Source: Basidiobolus meristosporus CBS 931.73 (taxonomy: Eukaryota; Fungi; Basidiobolomycota). Taken from it: a stretch of DNA of 64,000 bases. Where the stretch lies: contig MCFE01000368.1 in NCBI GenBank assembly GCA_002104905.1, positions 22,654 through 86,653 of the forward strand. The letters run 5' to 3'. Below are positions 10,175-24,874 of this stretch, piece by piece. The notes beneath the pieces were generated by a model. It made no database searches. It had not been told where the DNA came from and worked only from the letters and a program-made list of their open reading frames with translations. The position numbers were made by a program, and so were the translations under genes. Position 1 is the stretch's first letter, and every line of letters begins with the position of its first letter.

Positions 10175-13100
10175 AAGATCATAGATCATAGGATTATTCC
10201 CCTATAGTCAGGATCAAATTAGCACTAATACTAACTATTATGTACTAACCCTGAAACTGTTGCCAAATGGTCCTGAATATTGGGAAACCCTCCTTACTTA
10301 GTGCTACAGCTGTAGTACTTCTACAAAGGTATAAATACTGAGCTTCTTTATAAGTAACCAACAGTTCAACTATTATCAATATTTCATGATAAGTACCTTA
10401 TATCCAAATCACTTCATAAATTGTAACAGGTTATGAGCCCCAATTGCCTTAATTGATTCTAAAGGTGACCTCTGCCAGCAAACAGAACAACACAAACATA
10501 TTCCCTGTAAAGGAGAGGTTAGATGGAAAGAACTACAGACTTTGGAGAATCAAGATGCAGATCCACCTTGAGGAAAGGAAGCTTTGGAATATAGTAACAG
10601 GAAAAGAAGTTGAGCCCAAAGGAAGAGCAGAAGAAGTGGAGGAGTTTTGAAAGAAGGAGAGAAAGGCCTTTAATGCCATATGTATCAATGTGCAAGATTC
10701 CTTCATTGGACAAATCCATGCCTCAAATACTGCCAAAGGAGCATGGGAATCCTTAGGGAAGATCTTTAGGGCAAAGTTAGTATCAAGCAAGCTTTATTTG
10801 AAACAAAAGTTCTTCAACTTGAGGAAGAAGCCAGATGATGACATGCTGCAACACATTACCAAAATGGAGACACTTGCAGAAGAACTTTACAGTTTTAATG
10901 CTGGTGTAGAAGATGAAGAAAAGATACTCTGTCTGCTTTGCAGCCTAGGTATAGAGTGTATGATGGCAAAATTCAGACGCTGATCAAGAGCAGGGATGTT
11001 GTATTTGAGGAGAATTCAGATCAGAAAGCCACAGAAATCATTGGCCAGCCGCTTGATGATACAATCAACACTAATGAAGAAGATACGTACCAAATCCAGC
11101 CAGATACGGAAGATACCTCCACCAGTTCCAGATCAGAACAGATTATCCAAGTTAGGAGATCTACCAGAATAAGAAATGCCCCTGGATCCTGGTGGCAGAC
11201 ATCCAATGATCACAAAGAAGCTTATATGGTCTTATGTGCCAAACCTCAGAATCTGGGACAGGCAATACAAGGTCCAGAAGCTGCTATGTGGCAACAAGCC
11301 ATGCAGGAGGAGTACCAATCACTGATCAAGGCAAAAACTTAGGAACTGGCAGATTTACCAAATAGGAGAGAGCCAATAGGATGTAGATGGGTCTATAAGA
11401 TCAAGATAACTTCAAATGGGGCCATTGATAAGTACAAGGCTAGATTGGTGGCTAAAGGCTATTCCCAGATCCAGGGACAAGACTTTAAGGAGACATTTGC
11501 TCCAGTTGCCAAGTTTAACTCCATTAGGACAGTTCTAGCCCTGGCAGCTGTACACAGTCTAGTTCTACACCAAATGGAGGTCAAAACAGCTGTTCTAAAT
11601 GGGGATTTGCAAGAAACTATGTATGTATGGAGCAACCAGAAGGCTTCACCAATCCAAAAGTGCCCAATAAGGTGTGCAAACTTGGAAAATTGTTGTATGG
11701 ACTTAAGCAGGCACCTAGAGCATGGTATAACAAGATTGACACATATCTAGAGGTAATTGGGGTCTATTGTAGCACTGCAGATCACAGTATATATGTGAAG
11801 CAGCTAAAAAGGGGTGCAATCATCCTAGTACTTTATGTGAATGACCTAACTATAGCTTCAGGTGACCAAGAGGCACTTATACATACAAAATCAGTTCTCT
11901 TCAGCAAGTTTGAGATGAAAGATCTTGGAAAATGGGGCTATTTTCTTGGAATTGAGGTCAAATTTGAAATACCTACACAGAAAATTGTGCTGAATCAGTC
12001 TAAGTACATCAGGGACATTCTTAGATGCTCAAAATGGGAAATTGCAAACCTGCAGCTACCCCTATGGACAATAACCTGAAGTTAAGCAAATCTCAGCCAG
12101 TTATAGATGAAAATGGCTCAAATATGGACCAAAACTTTCCCTATCAATCAATGGTTGGTAGCCTAATGTACTTGATGGTGTCTACATGTCCACATATTGC
12201 AGTGGCAGTTGGAATAGTAAGGCAATTCATGCAGAATTATGGACCAGATCAAATTGCAGCAATTAAGCAGATTTTCATATATCTACAAGTTACCATAAAA
12301 ATGGTACTGGAATACTCTGGAGCGGCTAATTGGCAAAAATTTGATGGTTATAGTGATTCAGATTGGGGTAGGGATCTGATTGACAGACACTCTAACACAG
12401 GCTGTGTATTTCTTTATGCTGGTGCAGCAATTACTTGGAATTTCAAGAAACAACCAACTGTGGCCCTGTCTACAACTGATGCAGAATATATAGCTGCACG
12501 TCAAGCAACTAAGAAGGCTATATGGCTATAAAAATTATTCAAAGACTTAGGTTTTAATTCAGATGAACCAATATGTATTTACAAGGATATTCAAAGTTGT
12601 ATTTCATTAGCTAGAAATCCTACAATCATGCCAGAACTAAGCACATTGATATACAGCATCACTTTGTAAGGGAAGCTGTAGAAAATAACTTAGTAGAGTA
12701 AGTGTACTGACCAACTAACAAAATGGTGGCAGATATATTGACAGAATCACTAGCTGTGCCACAATTTGAGAATCTAAGGGAGGAATTAGGATTAAGAAAT
12801 TATTTAGATGAGGGGGAGTGTAGAAGTACTGGACTATTTGGTATTAATCTGCAGCTAAAAATTTACTTAACAATTCTGGACTGGTCTTGGTCACTGAGAG
12901 ACTAATTCACAGCTCTAATTTTGCCACTTTCTTCAGTTCTATGATCTTATGATTATTCTCCTATAGTCAGGATCATATTAGCACTAATATTAACTACTAT
13001 GTACTAACCCTGAAGCTGTTACAGAATGCTCCTGAATATTGCAAAACCCTCCTTACTTGGTGTTACAGCTGTATTACTTCTACAATGGTATAAATAATGA

Positions 13101-13187
13101 TATTCTTTATTAATAAACAACAGTTCAATTATTATCACTATTTCTTGATAAGTTATTTATATCCAAATCACTTCTTAAAATGCAACA
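10175..13187 (+). mobile_element. Internally deleted Copia family B element
   Basis: Partial 5' LTR ending 10428, PBS GGTTATGAGCCC 10429-10440, gag, deletion at about 10945 that removes protease and most of integrase, RT/RNase H, PPT GATGAGGGGGAG, 3' LTR 12819-13187. Confidence 0.9.
10429..10440 (+). promoter_or_regulatory. Primer-binding site of the half-tRNAiMet type
   Basis: GGTTATGAGCCC directly after the LTR-terminal CA; this is the motif type used by Ty5 and Drosophila copia. Confidence 0.8.
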
Positions 13188-13525
13188 GGACAGGAATTCT
13201 TCTGTCATATGGAAAGTGAGTTCTGAGTCTTCTTCAAGTTCATCCTCCATGTTACTAAGCACCATGGCCTCAATACGGTTAAAGGTTCTTGATGGCTGGT
13301 GTCCATTTCTTCTCTGAGGGCAGTACTTTGCAATATGTCCCTGCTGGTGGCAATTAAAACAAAGTTCTCTCTTCTGACATTCTTCTGAGGTAGGATTCTT
13401 CTGCATAGCATCTATTTCCATTGGCAGTGCTTCTGATTGTTTTCTTTCATAGTGATTGTAGCCTATCTGATTAGTCATTGTGGGCTTCCCAACTCCAAAC
13501 ATAGCTGAGTCATAGTCAATAGCTA
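13188..13525 (-). pseudogene. Gypsy gag-protease junction fragment (copy E), host of the Copia B at left
   Basis: PMEID..CFNCHQQGHIAKYC..IEAMVLSNMEDELEEDSELTFHMTEEFLS abuts the Copia LTR. Confidence 0.85.
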
Positions 13526-14748
13526 ATCAGTATAAAATTGCTATCAATCAAATCAGCTGTATTAATCAGCAGATGAATCAGCAGTTCTGTATCAGACAGA
13601 AATAGATACATCAAGTATGACCTAATTTGGTGATGATGATTCAATCAAATCTGTCATCAGACATAACCTACATTAGGAAATACAATTAGTCAATAACTGA
13701 TCTGTCAAAATGTACATATGAGGCTGCTGGAGCCTCAATAATAGTCAGTTTGAGTTTTAGTGAAATCAACACTAGCTAAACTATCTTTTCATCTACAACT
13801 CTTATACCAAGACTTGTGACATTGGTAGCAGCAATAACAAGAGACATCCCTCCTGAAGAAAGAAGCCTCCCTCAAGATGTCCAAAAGTCAAGAATGGAAG
13901 AGTACAATGGAATAAATCCTGGCCCTGCAGCAACAGTTACTCCAGATTCTTAGCCAGCAGCAACAAGGAATGACTACCATGGCCCAAAGCCAGCAAAACC
14001 CTGTCAAGAGCAACTTTAGTGTGAACATCAACTGGTACCATGGTAGAGTCAATGAAAACCTGGGAACTTGACTCTTCCAGATTGAAGAAGCTTTCAACAC
14101 TAAGGGAATTACCCCAGAAAGCAAGTTACATTATGCAGCCCCTTACCTGGCAGACTCAGCTTTACAGTGGTACCACAACAAGATCAGGTCCGCCACCATG
14201 ATGGGATGCTCTACAATCTCTACCTGGGATGAGTGTGTGTTGGAAATTCAGGATGCCTTTGAGCCCCCACACCAACAGACACTACTATGAAGAAAGTTGA
14301 AGACACTCCAACAGAAAGGAATAGACCAAGAGTACATCTATGAATATAGATGTCTACTGGGCAAATTGAAAGAATGGACCCTCTGGATTAAGTTGAATAC
14401 TTAAATTGATGGGTTGAAAGAAGGAACTTGTAAGGAAGTGAACTATCACAGATCTCAGACTATTGAAGAAGCCATCAAGATTGCCATTGACTATGACTCA
14501 GCTATGTTTGGAGTTGGGAAGCCCATAATGACTAATCAGATAGGCTACAATCACTATGAAAGAAAACAATCAGAAGCAGTGCCAATGGAAATAGACACTA
14601 TGCAGAAGAATATTATGTCAGAAGAATACAAGAAGAATGAACTTTGCTTCAATTGCAACCAGCAGGGACATTTTGCAAAGTGCTGCTCTCAGAGAAGAAA
14701 TGGACACCAGCCATCAAGAGCCTTTAACCACATTGAGGCCCTGGAGCT

Positions 14749-17700
14749 TGGTGCAATTTAAGAAGTGATTTGGATACAAGGAACTTATCAAGAAATAGTG
14801 ATAATAGTTGAACTGTTGTTTACTAATAAAGAATCTCATAATTTATACATTTGTAGAAGCAATACAGTTGTAGCACTAATAAAGGAGGGTTTCTCTATAT
14901 TCAGGAGCAATCTGTAACAGTTTCAAGGTTAGTACATAATAGTTGGTATTAGTGCTAATATGATCCTGACTATAGGGAAATCATCATAAGATCAAATATC
15001 TGAAGAAAGTGGCAAAGTTAGAGCTGTAAATTAGTCCCACAGTGACCAAGACTAGTTCAGAATTGTTAAGTAAATTCTTAGCTGCAGAATGATACCAAAG
15101 AGTCCATTATTTTGACACTCCCCCTCATCTAAATAATTTCTTGATCCTAATTCCTATCTGAGATTCTCAAATTGTGACCTAGCTAGTGATTTTGTCAATA
15201 TATCTGCCACCATTTTGTTAGTTGGGCAGTACACTAACTCTACTAAGTTATTTTCTACAGCTTCCCTCACAAAGTGATGCTGTATATCAATGTTTTCAGT
15301 TCTGGCATGATTGTAGAATTTCTAGCTGATGAAATACAACTTTGATTATGTTTGTCAATACATATTGGTTCATCTGAATTAAAACCTAAGTCTTTGAATA
15401 ACTTTTGTAGCCATATAGCCTCCTTAGTTGCTTGACATGCAGCCATATATTCTGCTTCAGTTGTAGACAGGGCCACAGTTGGTTGTTTCTTGCAATTCCA
15501 AGTAATAGCTGCACCAGCATAAAGAAATACATAGACTGTGGTAAAGTGTCTGTCAATCAGATCCCTACCCTAATCTGATTCACTAAAACCATCAAATTTT
15601 TGCCAATTAGCCGCTCCATAGGATTCCAGTACCATATTTATGGTACCATGTAGATATCTGAAAATCTGCTTAACTGCTGCAATTTGATCTGATCCATAAT
15701 TCTACATGAATTGACTGACTATTTCAACTGCCACTGCAATATCTGGTTGTGTAGACACCATCAAGTACATTAGGCTACCAACCATTGATTGATAGGGAAA
15801 GTTTTGGTCCATATTTGAGCCATTTTCATCTATAACTGGCTGAGATTTGCTTAACTTCAGGTTATTGTCCATAGCGGTAGCTGCAGCTTTGCAATTTTCC
15901 ATTTTGAAGCATCTAAGAATGTCCCTGATGTACTTAGACTGATTAAGCACAATTTTCTGCGTAGGTATGTCAAATTTGACCTCAATTCCAAGAAAATAGC
16001 TCAATTTTCCAATATCTTTCATCTTGAACTTGCTGAAGAGAACTGATTTTGTCTGTATAAGTGCCTCTTGGTCACCTGAAGCTATAATTAGGTCATCCAC
16101 ATAAAGTACTAGGATGATTGCACCCTTTTTTAGCTGTTTCACATATATACTGTGATCTGCAGTGCTACAAGAGAACCCAATTACCTCTAGATATGTGTCA
16201 ATCTTGTTATACCATGCTCTAGGTGCCTGCTTAAGCCCAAACAATGATTTTCTAAGTTTGCACACCTTATGGGGTACTTTGTATTGGTAAAGCCTTCTGG
16301 TTGCTCCATATATAGTTTCTTGCAAATCCCCATTTACAAAGGCTGTTTTGACGTCCATTTAGTGTATATCTAGACTGTGTACAGCTGCCAGGGCTAGAAC
16401 TGTCCTAATGGAGTTGAACTTGGCAACCGGAGCAAATGTTTTCTTAAAGTCAAGTCCCTGGATATGGGAATAGCCTTTAGCCGCCAATCTAGCCTTGTAC
16501 TTATTAATGGCACCATTTGAAGTTATCTTGATCTTTTAGACCCATCTACATCCTATGGGCTTTCTCCCATTTGGTAAATCTACCAGTTCCCACGTTTTTG
16601 CCTTGATCAGTGATTGGTACTCCTCATGCATGGCTTGTTGCCACATAGCAGCTACTGGACTTTGCATTGCCTGTTCCAGATTCTGAGGTTTGGCACATAA
16701 GGCAAGATAAGCTTCCTCATGATCATTGGATGTCTGCCACCAGGATCCAAGGACATTTCTTATTCTGGTAGATCTCCTAACTGGGATAATCTGTTCTGAT
16801 CTGGAAATGGTAGAATTATCTTCCATATCTGGCTGGATTTGGTACGTATCTTCTTCATTTGTGTTGATTGCATCATTAGGCAGCTGGCCAATGATTTCTG
16901 TGGCTTTCTGATCTGAATTCTCCTCAAATACAATGTTCCTGCTCTTGATCAGCTTCTGAATTTTCCATCAAACACTCAATACCCTTTAGTATCTTCACAA
17001 TACCCAAGAAAGATCCCTTTGCTACTCTTTGGTTCCAACTTTAAGCGTTTTTTGTCAGGGATGTGATAAAAAACATCACTGCCAAAGATCTTGAGGTGCT
17101 GGAGATCTGTTCTTTGCCTGTATATGCTTTGATGAGTGTAGAATCACGTAGTGCTGCTATTGGGCATCTGTTCTTGATGTATACAGTGGTAGCAACCAAT
17201 TCAGCCCAAAACTTGTAGTCCACTCTCTTATCATGTAGCATAGATCTTTCCATCTCTACTATTGCTCTTTTTGCACTTTCTGCTGCTCCATTTTGCTGTG
17301 GAGTATGAGGAACTGTGGTCTGTTGAAGTATACCATTAGACAAGCAGTATTTTGGAAACTCCTTTGAGCAGTATTCTCCTCCATTGTCACTTTGTAGTAC
17401 CTTCAATTTACACCCAGTTTGTGTTTCTGCCATGTTCTTGAAGTACTTAGATGTCTCTAAAGCTTCATCCTTTGTTTTGAGGAAGTACACCCATGTATAT
17501 CTTGTTTTGTCATCAATAAACGTCATAAAGTATCTCTTGGCTCTAAAGGACAGTGTTCTCATGGGGCCACATATATCGGAGTGTACAATAGCCAATATTT
17601 TGGTGGTATGATGCCTTCTAAGCTTGTAAAATGTTGCCTAGCTTGTTTGCCATATGAAAATCCCTTACAAACATTCAATTTGATTGGAATTGAGTATTTT

Positions 17701-19240
17701 AAGCCCAAAACAAGCTGATTTTTCACCAGTTGGCTCATTATCTGTTCCCTAATGTGTTCTAGCCTCCTATGCCACGTCTCCCAGTTGGTTTCATCAGTTT
17801 CAGCAATGTTGACATACTGAGGTAAAATGATCTTGCATTGTAACTTGAATATATTGTGATCTCTGATTCCCAAAGCTAACTTTTGTCCATTCTCACTCAA
17901 TATTGAGCAGCTCATCTTAGTAAAAACAAATTTCAGTCCCTGAGCAGTTGCTTTACTGACTGAGAGTAGGTTCTTAGCTATTCCAGGTACATAGAGTACG
18001 TCAGTAAGTCTTGCTGTAGTTGCCCCTGAGCTATTGCCCATATTTAGTTGTATAGACCCACTTGCGGTAGATTCCAGAGCAGAGTTATCTCCCAGATAAG
18101 CCTTTCTTACAGGTATAGTTTTTAAGTTGCTGAGCCACTCCTCTATACCACAAATATGCTGTGATGCTCCACAGTCAATATACCATACATTACTTTGGTT
18201 ACTTGCACTCTCTTGTAAAGTTACAAATAACTGTTCATCAGTAGTTATATGGTTTGCCTGCTCTAGTTTCTGTTTTTTGTCTGCTTGTTTCTTCTTGCAA
18301 TCTCTTGCCCAGTATCCTGACTTTTCACAATAGTTGCAGCAACCAGGTTTTCATTGGTATTGTTGTTTTCCCTTCCTTTCTGAGTGCCTTTCTGTGCTGA
18401 ATAAAGCATTATCTTCAATTTTCTCTGCTTGATCATTACATCTGAGTTCTTCATGGAGAAGTCTTCCTGTGACATAGTCTAAAGTGCAGTTGTCTTCTCT
18501 GCTCTCAAAAGAAAGTATGAGTGGCTCATACTTGTCTGGTAGGCTGCAAAGCAGACAGAGTATCTTTTCTTCATCATCTACACCAGCATTAATACTGTAA
18601 AGTTCTTCTGCAAGTGTCTCCATTTTGGTGATGTGTTGCAGCATGTCATCATCTGGCTTCTTCCTCAAGTTGAAGAACTTTTGTTTCAAATAAAGCTTGC
18701 TTGATACTGACTTTGCCCTAAAGATCTTCTCTAACAATTTCCATGCTCCTTTGGTAGTATGTGAGGCATGGATTTGTCCAATGAAGGAATTTTGCACATT
18801 AATACATATGGCATTAAAGGCCTTTCTCTCCTTCTCTTGTAACTCCTCCACTTCTGCTGCTCTTCCTTTGGGCTCAACTTCTTTTCCTGTTACTGGATAT
18901 ATGGAACTTATCAAGAAATATTGATAATAGTTGAACTGTTGGTTATTTATAAAGAAGCTAAGTATTTATACCTTTGTAGAAGTACTACAGCTGTAGCACT
19001 AAGTAAGGAGGGTTTCCCAATATTCAGGAGCATTCTGCAACAGTTTCAAGATTAATACATAATAGTTAGTATTAGTGCTGATTTGATCCAGACTATAGGG
19101 GAATAATCATAAGATCATAGATCTGAAGAAAGTGGCAAAGTTAGAGCTGTAAATTAGTCCCACAGTGACCATGACTAGTTCAGAATTGTTAAGTAAAATT
19201 TTAGCTGCAGAATGATACTAAATAGTCCAATATTTCAACA
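14749..19240 (-). mobile_element. Near full-length decayed Copia family B element
   Basis: LTRs 14749-15117 and about 18895-19240; TSD GAGCT (14744-14748 and 19241-19245); gag, protease, integrase (HSD, FIDD, SDNGGEY), RT (YVDD), RNase H; PBS lost by a small deletion. Confidence 0.93.
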
Positions 19241-22200
19241 GAGCTTAGTAACATGGAGGATGAACTTGAAAAAGACTCAGAACTCACTTTCTATATGACA
19301 GAAGAATATCTATCCCAGATGATCTCAAGCTCACAAAAGCTATTATACTTGAATGGAGTAATCAATGGAGTACCAGCCAAGATCATGATTGACTCAGGAG
19401 CATTGCATGAATAAATGGCGGAGCAATTTGCTCTGAAAGCTGGAATCAACTCAGAACCTGCCAAATCAGCTTTAGTCTCAACAGCTGATGGGAACTCTCA
19501 CCTAATCAACTGTATTAATTAGCCAGTAAGGATGATGATCCTGTGACTATGAAGAAGCTCTACAGGCCTATATATCTGGGAAATGCAAGTTTGGCCTTGT
19601 ACCTAGGAAAACCTGGCTATTTTGTTGGAATCCATCAATTAACTGGAGAATTCATGCTACTCAGATCCAGAAGGACAACAAGACTTATCAGCTACTACCT
19701 GCCAGCCTGGATTTTAACTTGGTAAATTCCAGTGTGTGTGAAACAAGCAATCTTAACAAGACACAATTCTGTAGAGAACTAAGAAAAGGCACCCCGATGT
19801 TCCTCATGGTAGTATTGCAGGAGGATTCCTCTACTCTGGTACCCCAGAAAGTCCAGACTCTTTTGAAGGAGTATTCAGACATATTTCCAGAAGTGCTTGT
19901 AAGCATACCACCTGTCAGAGATGTGGATCATGCCATTGAACCAGGATAGAGTCCTCCAATGAGTAAGATACCTTACAGAATGAGTCCATTGGAGTTGGAA
20001 GAGATGAAAAGACAAATAGATCAGTTACTGGAGCAAGGATATATCAGACCAAGCAAGTCACCTTGGGAGCACCTGTACTTTTTGTGAAGAAGAAGGATGG
20101 AACACTTAGGATGTGCATTGACTGCAGAGCCCTCAACTCAGTTACTGTGAAGGATAGGTACCCCATACCTCAGATTGATGAGCTTTTGGACCAACTCAAT
20201 GGGGCCACTATTTTCAGCAAGATTGACCTCATGTCAGGATACAACCAAATCAGGGTGAAGCCAGAAGACATCCCCAAGACAGCATTCAGGACCAGATATG
20301 GACATTACAAGTACTTAGTCATGAGTTTTGGCTTCACCAATGCCCCTGCAACTTTCATGACCCTGATGCAGACTGTCTTCCAAGAGTACTTAGACAAGTT
20401 TGTCATAATCTACCTAGATGATATACTGATATACTGCAAGACAGAAGAGGATCACTTGGTGCACATTGAAAATGTCATGAAGAAGCTGAGAGTGTACAAG
20501 CTTTATGGCAAGCTACTCAAGTGTGAATTCTTCAAGAAACACGCTGAATATCTGGGACACATAGAGACTAGCACAGGAGTAGCCTTAGACTCTAAGAAGG
20601 TGGAAGTTATCAAGAATTTGAAGCAGCCCCATAGCATATAAGAGCTCAGATCATTCCTTGGAATGTTCCCTATTACTGGAGATTTGTCAAGTCCTTTGCA
20701 AGTATTGCAGCCCCTTTAACTGATATCCTCAAGTAAGATAATACCTACAAGTGGGACATTGCTTGTGAAACTGCCTCTCAGACACTCAAGAATGAACTTG
20801 CTAAGCTGCCAAGCTTAAGAATACCAGACTTCAGAAAAGAGTTCACTCTGTGCACAGATGCTTCAGATTATGCAATTGGTGGAGTGCTGAGCCAAGAACT
20901 CAAGGGAAAGGACTACCCTGTTGCCTTTGAATGCAAGAAACTGAACTCAGCAGAACAAAATTATCCAGTGCATGGGAAGGAGATGCATGCTATAATACAC
21001 TGTTTGAAGACATGGAGATGCTGTATTGAAGGAGTCAAATGCACTGTAAAGACTGATCATGCCTCCCTCAAGCATATAATGACTCAGAAGGTACTCTCTA
21101 GTAGAATGACAAGATGGAGTGAATACATTCAGCTACTTGACTTGGAGATTGTTTACTGCCCTAGAAAACACAACACGGTTGCTCACACCTTATCAAGATT
21201 AGAACAAGTTGCACAACTCAACTTGGTGCATGAATCAGATTGGCCTAGCCTATGGCCAAAGTACTTGGAGGACCAAGCCATTCCCAATGAGGTGGATGAA
21301 GATATCTAGAAGATAATTCAGGCTGAAGCCAGCAAATTTGTAGTACAGGATGAAACACTCTAACAAATTGTTAATGGAAGCCCTATTGCCTATTGCCCTA
21401 ATGTTGCTCACCTGAATTTAATACATAAGCTACACAATAGATATGGACATCTTGGAATTGAAGGAACCTATAGCCTTGTGAAAGCCAGGGCCTGTTGGCC
21501 CAGAATGAAACATGACATTGAGAAACTAGTGAAAACATGCCCACACTGTCAAATCAACCAAGGACAACCACAAAAAATTGCTGAACTCTTTCCCTTGAAG
21601 CCTGTAAGACCATTTGAAAGATTGGGAATTGACTTATTGATAGACTGCCAACTACCAGGAAATGCTACTGTTGGATCCAAGTAGCAATTGATCATGCCAC
21701 TAAATGGCCAGTTGCTAAAGCTGTACCAATAGCCAGTGAACAAGAAGTTGCAAGTTTCATTTACCATGAGATCCTGATGAAGTTTGGATGCCCTGTGGAG
21801 ATCGTATCTGATAGAGGAGCAAGCTTTATGGCAAAGACATTAGAGGCTTATCTGGAAATACAGCAGATTAGACACTTGAAAACCTTGGCATATCACCCTA
21901 GAACTAATGGAGTCACTGAGCGGTTTAATGAATTATTTGGAAAGATGCTGACCAAGTGTGCAAATGGAGTTGTCAGTAGATGGGATGAGTATATAGACCA
22001 AGCACTCTTTGCATGCAGAGTCAGAGTACACAACACCACCTAGCAAATTCCATTTTACTGAGTGTGTTACAAGTCTTGGTATAAGAGTTGCAGAGGAATA
22101 GGGAGTTTAGCTAGTATTGTATTCACTAAAACTTGAACTGATTTTTGTTGAGGTTCCAGCAGCTCCTTATATACACTTTGCCAGATCAATTGCTGACTAA

Positions 22201-22789
22201 TTGTACTTCCTAATGTAGGTTGTGGCTGATGACTCATTTGATTACATCATCATCACCCAATAAGATCCTACTTAATATACCTATTTCTGTCTGATAAGGG
22301 TCTACTGACTTACTTGCTAACTAATGCTACTGATTTGATAGATAATTATATATACTGATAACATAAACATATACTAACTGATTTGACTAAAAACTGATCT
22401 AACTTAAACATTCAAGCGGCAGATCATAACATTCTCCCCTACTAAAGTTGAGAGGGTTCTCCTGAATCTCTTCTCTTGTGATTCCAACATCTTGATGGTT
22501 CAGTATTATCAGCAAGTCTTGCAAGCTTGAGTCTGTCCCTATGCACCAAGTCTTCCCGGATATTGCCTTGTTTGTCCACCAGTTGATAAGTTGCAAATGA
22601 ACATTCTCTGATGATCTTGAATGGTTCAGTCCATTGTGGCTCACACTTCTTTTGAGTGTTGTTTCATAGCAATACAAAGTTCCCAACTGTCAATGCTTCT
22701 GGTGCTATACTCTTATTAAATCTCTGCTTCATCTTTTTTGCACATTGAGATACTTTGGTCTGTGCCTCTTGACATCTTTGTTCCAGTTG

Positions 22790-23353
22790 CTAGTGTCTGC
22801 TTGGCTGACTGAGTTCATCTTCTAAGGTGTCTGTAAGCTTTGGTTGTGTGAGATCTCCTGGAATCCTTAGTTCACATCCATACACTAAGTAAAATGGTGA
22901 TTCCTGGGTGGTGTTGTGTACTCTGACTCTGCATGCAAAGAGTGCTTGGTCTATATACTCATCCCATCTACTGACAACTCCATTTGCACACTTAGTCAGC
23001 ATCTTTCCAAATAATTCATTAAACCGCTCAGTGACTCCATTAGTTCTAGGGTGATATGCCAAGGTTTTCAAGTGTCTGATCTGCTGTATTTCCAGATAAG
23101 CCTCTAATGTCTTTGCCATAAAGCTTGCTCCTCTATCAGATAAGATCTCCACAGGGCATCCAAACTTCATCAGGATCTCATGGTAAATGAAACTTGCAAC
23201 TTCTTGTTCACTGGCTATTGGTACAGCTTTAGCAATTGGCCATTTAGTGGCATGATCAATTGCTACTTGGATCCAACGGTAGCATTTCCTGGTAGTTGGC
23301 AGTCTTCCAATAAAGTCAATTCCCCATCTTTTAAATGATTGTACAGGCTCCAA
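22790..23353 (-). pseudogene. Gypsy integrase core fragment
   Basis: WGIDFIG..ILSDRGASF..AYHPRTNGVTERFN..SPFYLVYG; GPF-type motif further downstream; no chromodomain seen. Confidence 0.9.
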
Positions 23354-23413
23354 GAAAAAGAGTTTGGCAATTCTCTGTGATTGGCTTTGGTTGATTTGGC
23401 AATTTGGGCATGT

Positions 23414-24064
23414 TTACACTAGTTTCTCAATGTCTTGTTTCATTCTGGGCCACCATGCTCTGGCTTTTGCAAGACTATAGATTCCTTCAATTCCAAGATG
23501 TCCATATCCATTGTGTAGCTTATGTATTAAATTCAGGTGAGCAACATAAGGGCAATAGGCAATAGGGCTTCTATCAACAGTTTGGTAGAGTGTTTCATCC
23601 TGTACTACAAATTTGCTGGCTTCATCATGGATTATCTTCTTGATATCTTCATCCACCTCATAAAGAATGGCTTGGTCCTCCAAGTACTTTGGTAATAGGC
23701 TAGGCCAATCTGATTCATGCACCAAGTTGAGTTGTGCAACTTGTTCTAATCTTGATAAGGCATCAGCAACCATGTTGTTTTTTCCAGGGCAGTAGACAAT
23801 CTCCAGGTCAAATAGCTGAATGTATTCACTCCATCTTGTCATTCTTCTAGAGAGTACCTTCTGAGTCATTATATGCTTGAGGGAGGCATGATCAGTCTTT
23901 ACAGTGCATTTGACTCCTTCAATATAGCATCTCCATGTCTTCAAACAGTGTATTATAGCCAGCATCTCCTTCTCATGCACTGGATAATTTTGTTCTGCTG
24001 AGTTCAGCTTCTTGCATTCAAAGGCAACAGGGTAGTCCTTTCCCTTGTGTTCTTGGCTCAGCAC
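23414..24064 (-). pseudogene. Gypsy RNase H and integrase zinc-binding region fragment
   Basis: PVAFECKKLNSAEQNYPVHEKEMLAI..TDHASL..NMVADALSR..HNGYGHLG. Confidence 0.9.
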
Positions 24065-24127
24065 TCCACCAATTGCATAATCTGAAGCATCTGTGCACAG
24101 AGTGAACTGCTTTCTGAAGTCTGGTAT

Positions 24128-24874
24128 TCATGAGCTTGGCAGCTTATCAAGTTCATTCTTGAGCATATGGAAGGCAGTCTCACAAGCTATGTCCCACTTG
24201 TAGGTATTATCTTTCTTGAGAATATCAGTGAAAGTGGCTGCAATACTTGCACACAACTTGACAAATCTCTGATAATAGGAAACCATTCCAGGGAATGATC
24301 TGAGCTCTGATATGCCATGGGGCTGCTTCAGATTCTTGATTACCTCCACCTTCTTGAGGTCTAAGGTTACTCCTGTGCAAGTCACTATGTGTCCCAGATA
24401 TTCAACATGTTCCTTGAAGAATTTACACTTGAGTAGCTTGCCATAAAGCTTGTTCTCTCTTAGCTTCTTCAAGACCTTTTCAATGTGCACCAAGTGATCC
24501 TCTTCTGTCTTGCAGTATATCAGTATATCATCTAGGTAGATTATGACAAACTTGTCTAAGTACTCCTGGGAGACAGTCTGTATCAGGGTCATGAAAGTTG
24601 CAGGGGCATTGGTGAGGCCAAAACTCATGACCAAGTACTTGTAATGTCCATATCTGGTCCTGAATGCTGTCTTAGGGATGTCTTCTGGCTTCACCCTAAT
24701 TTGGTTGTATCCTGACATGAGGTCAATCTGGCTGAAAATAGTGGCTCCATTAAGTTGGTACAAAAGCTCATCAATCCAATGTATGGGGTATTTATTCTTG
24801 ACTGTAACTGAGTTCAGGGCTCTGTAGTCAATGCACATCCTAAGTGTTCCATCCTTCTTTTTCACAAAAAGCAC
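24128..24874 (-). pseudogene. Gypsy reverse transcriptase fragment
   Basis: [45 protein letters not shown]. Confidence 0.95.

Noticed and set aside
22440-22800. Chromodomain or env-like ORF after Gypsy integrase
   Set aside because: The integrase ends shortly after a GPF-type motif, directly before the PPT
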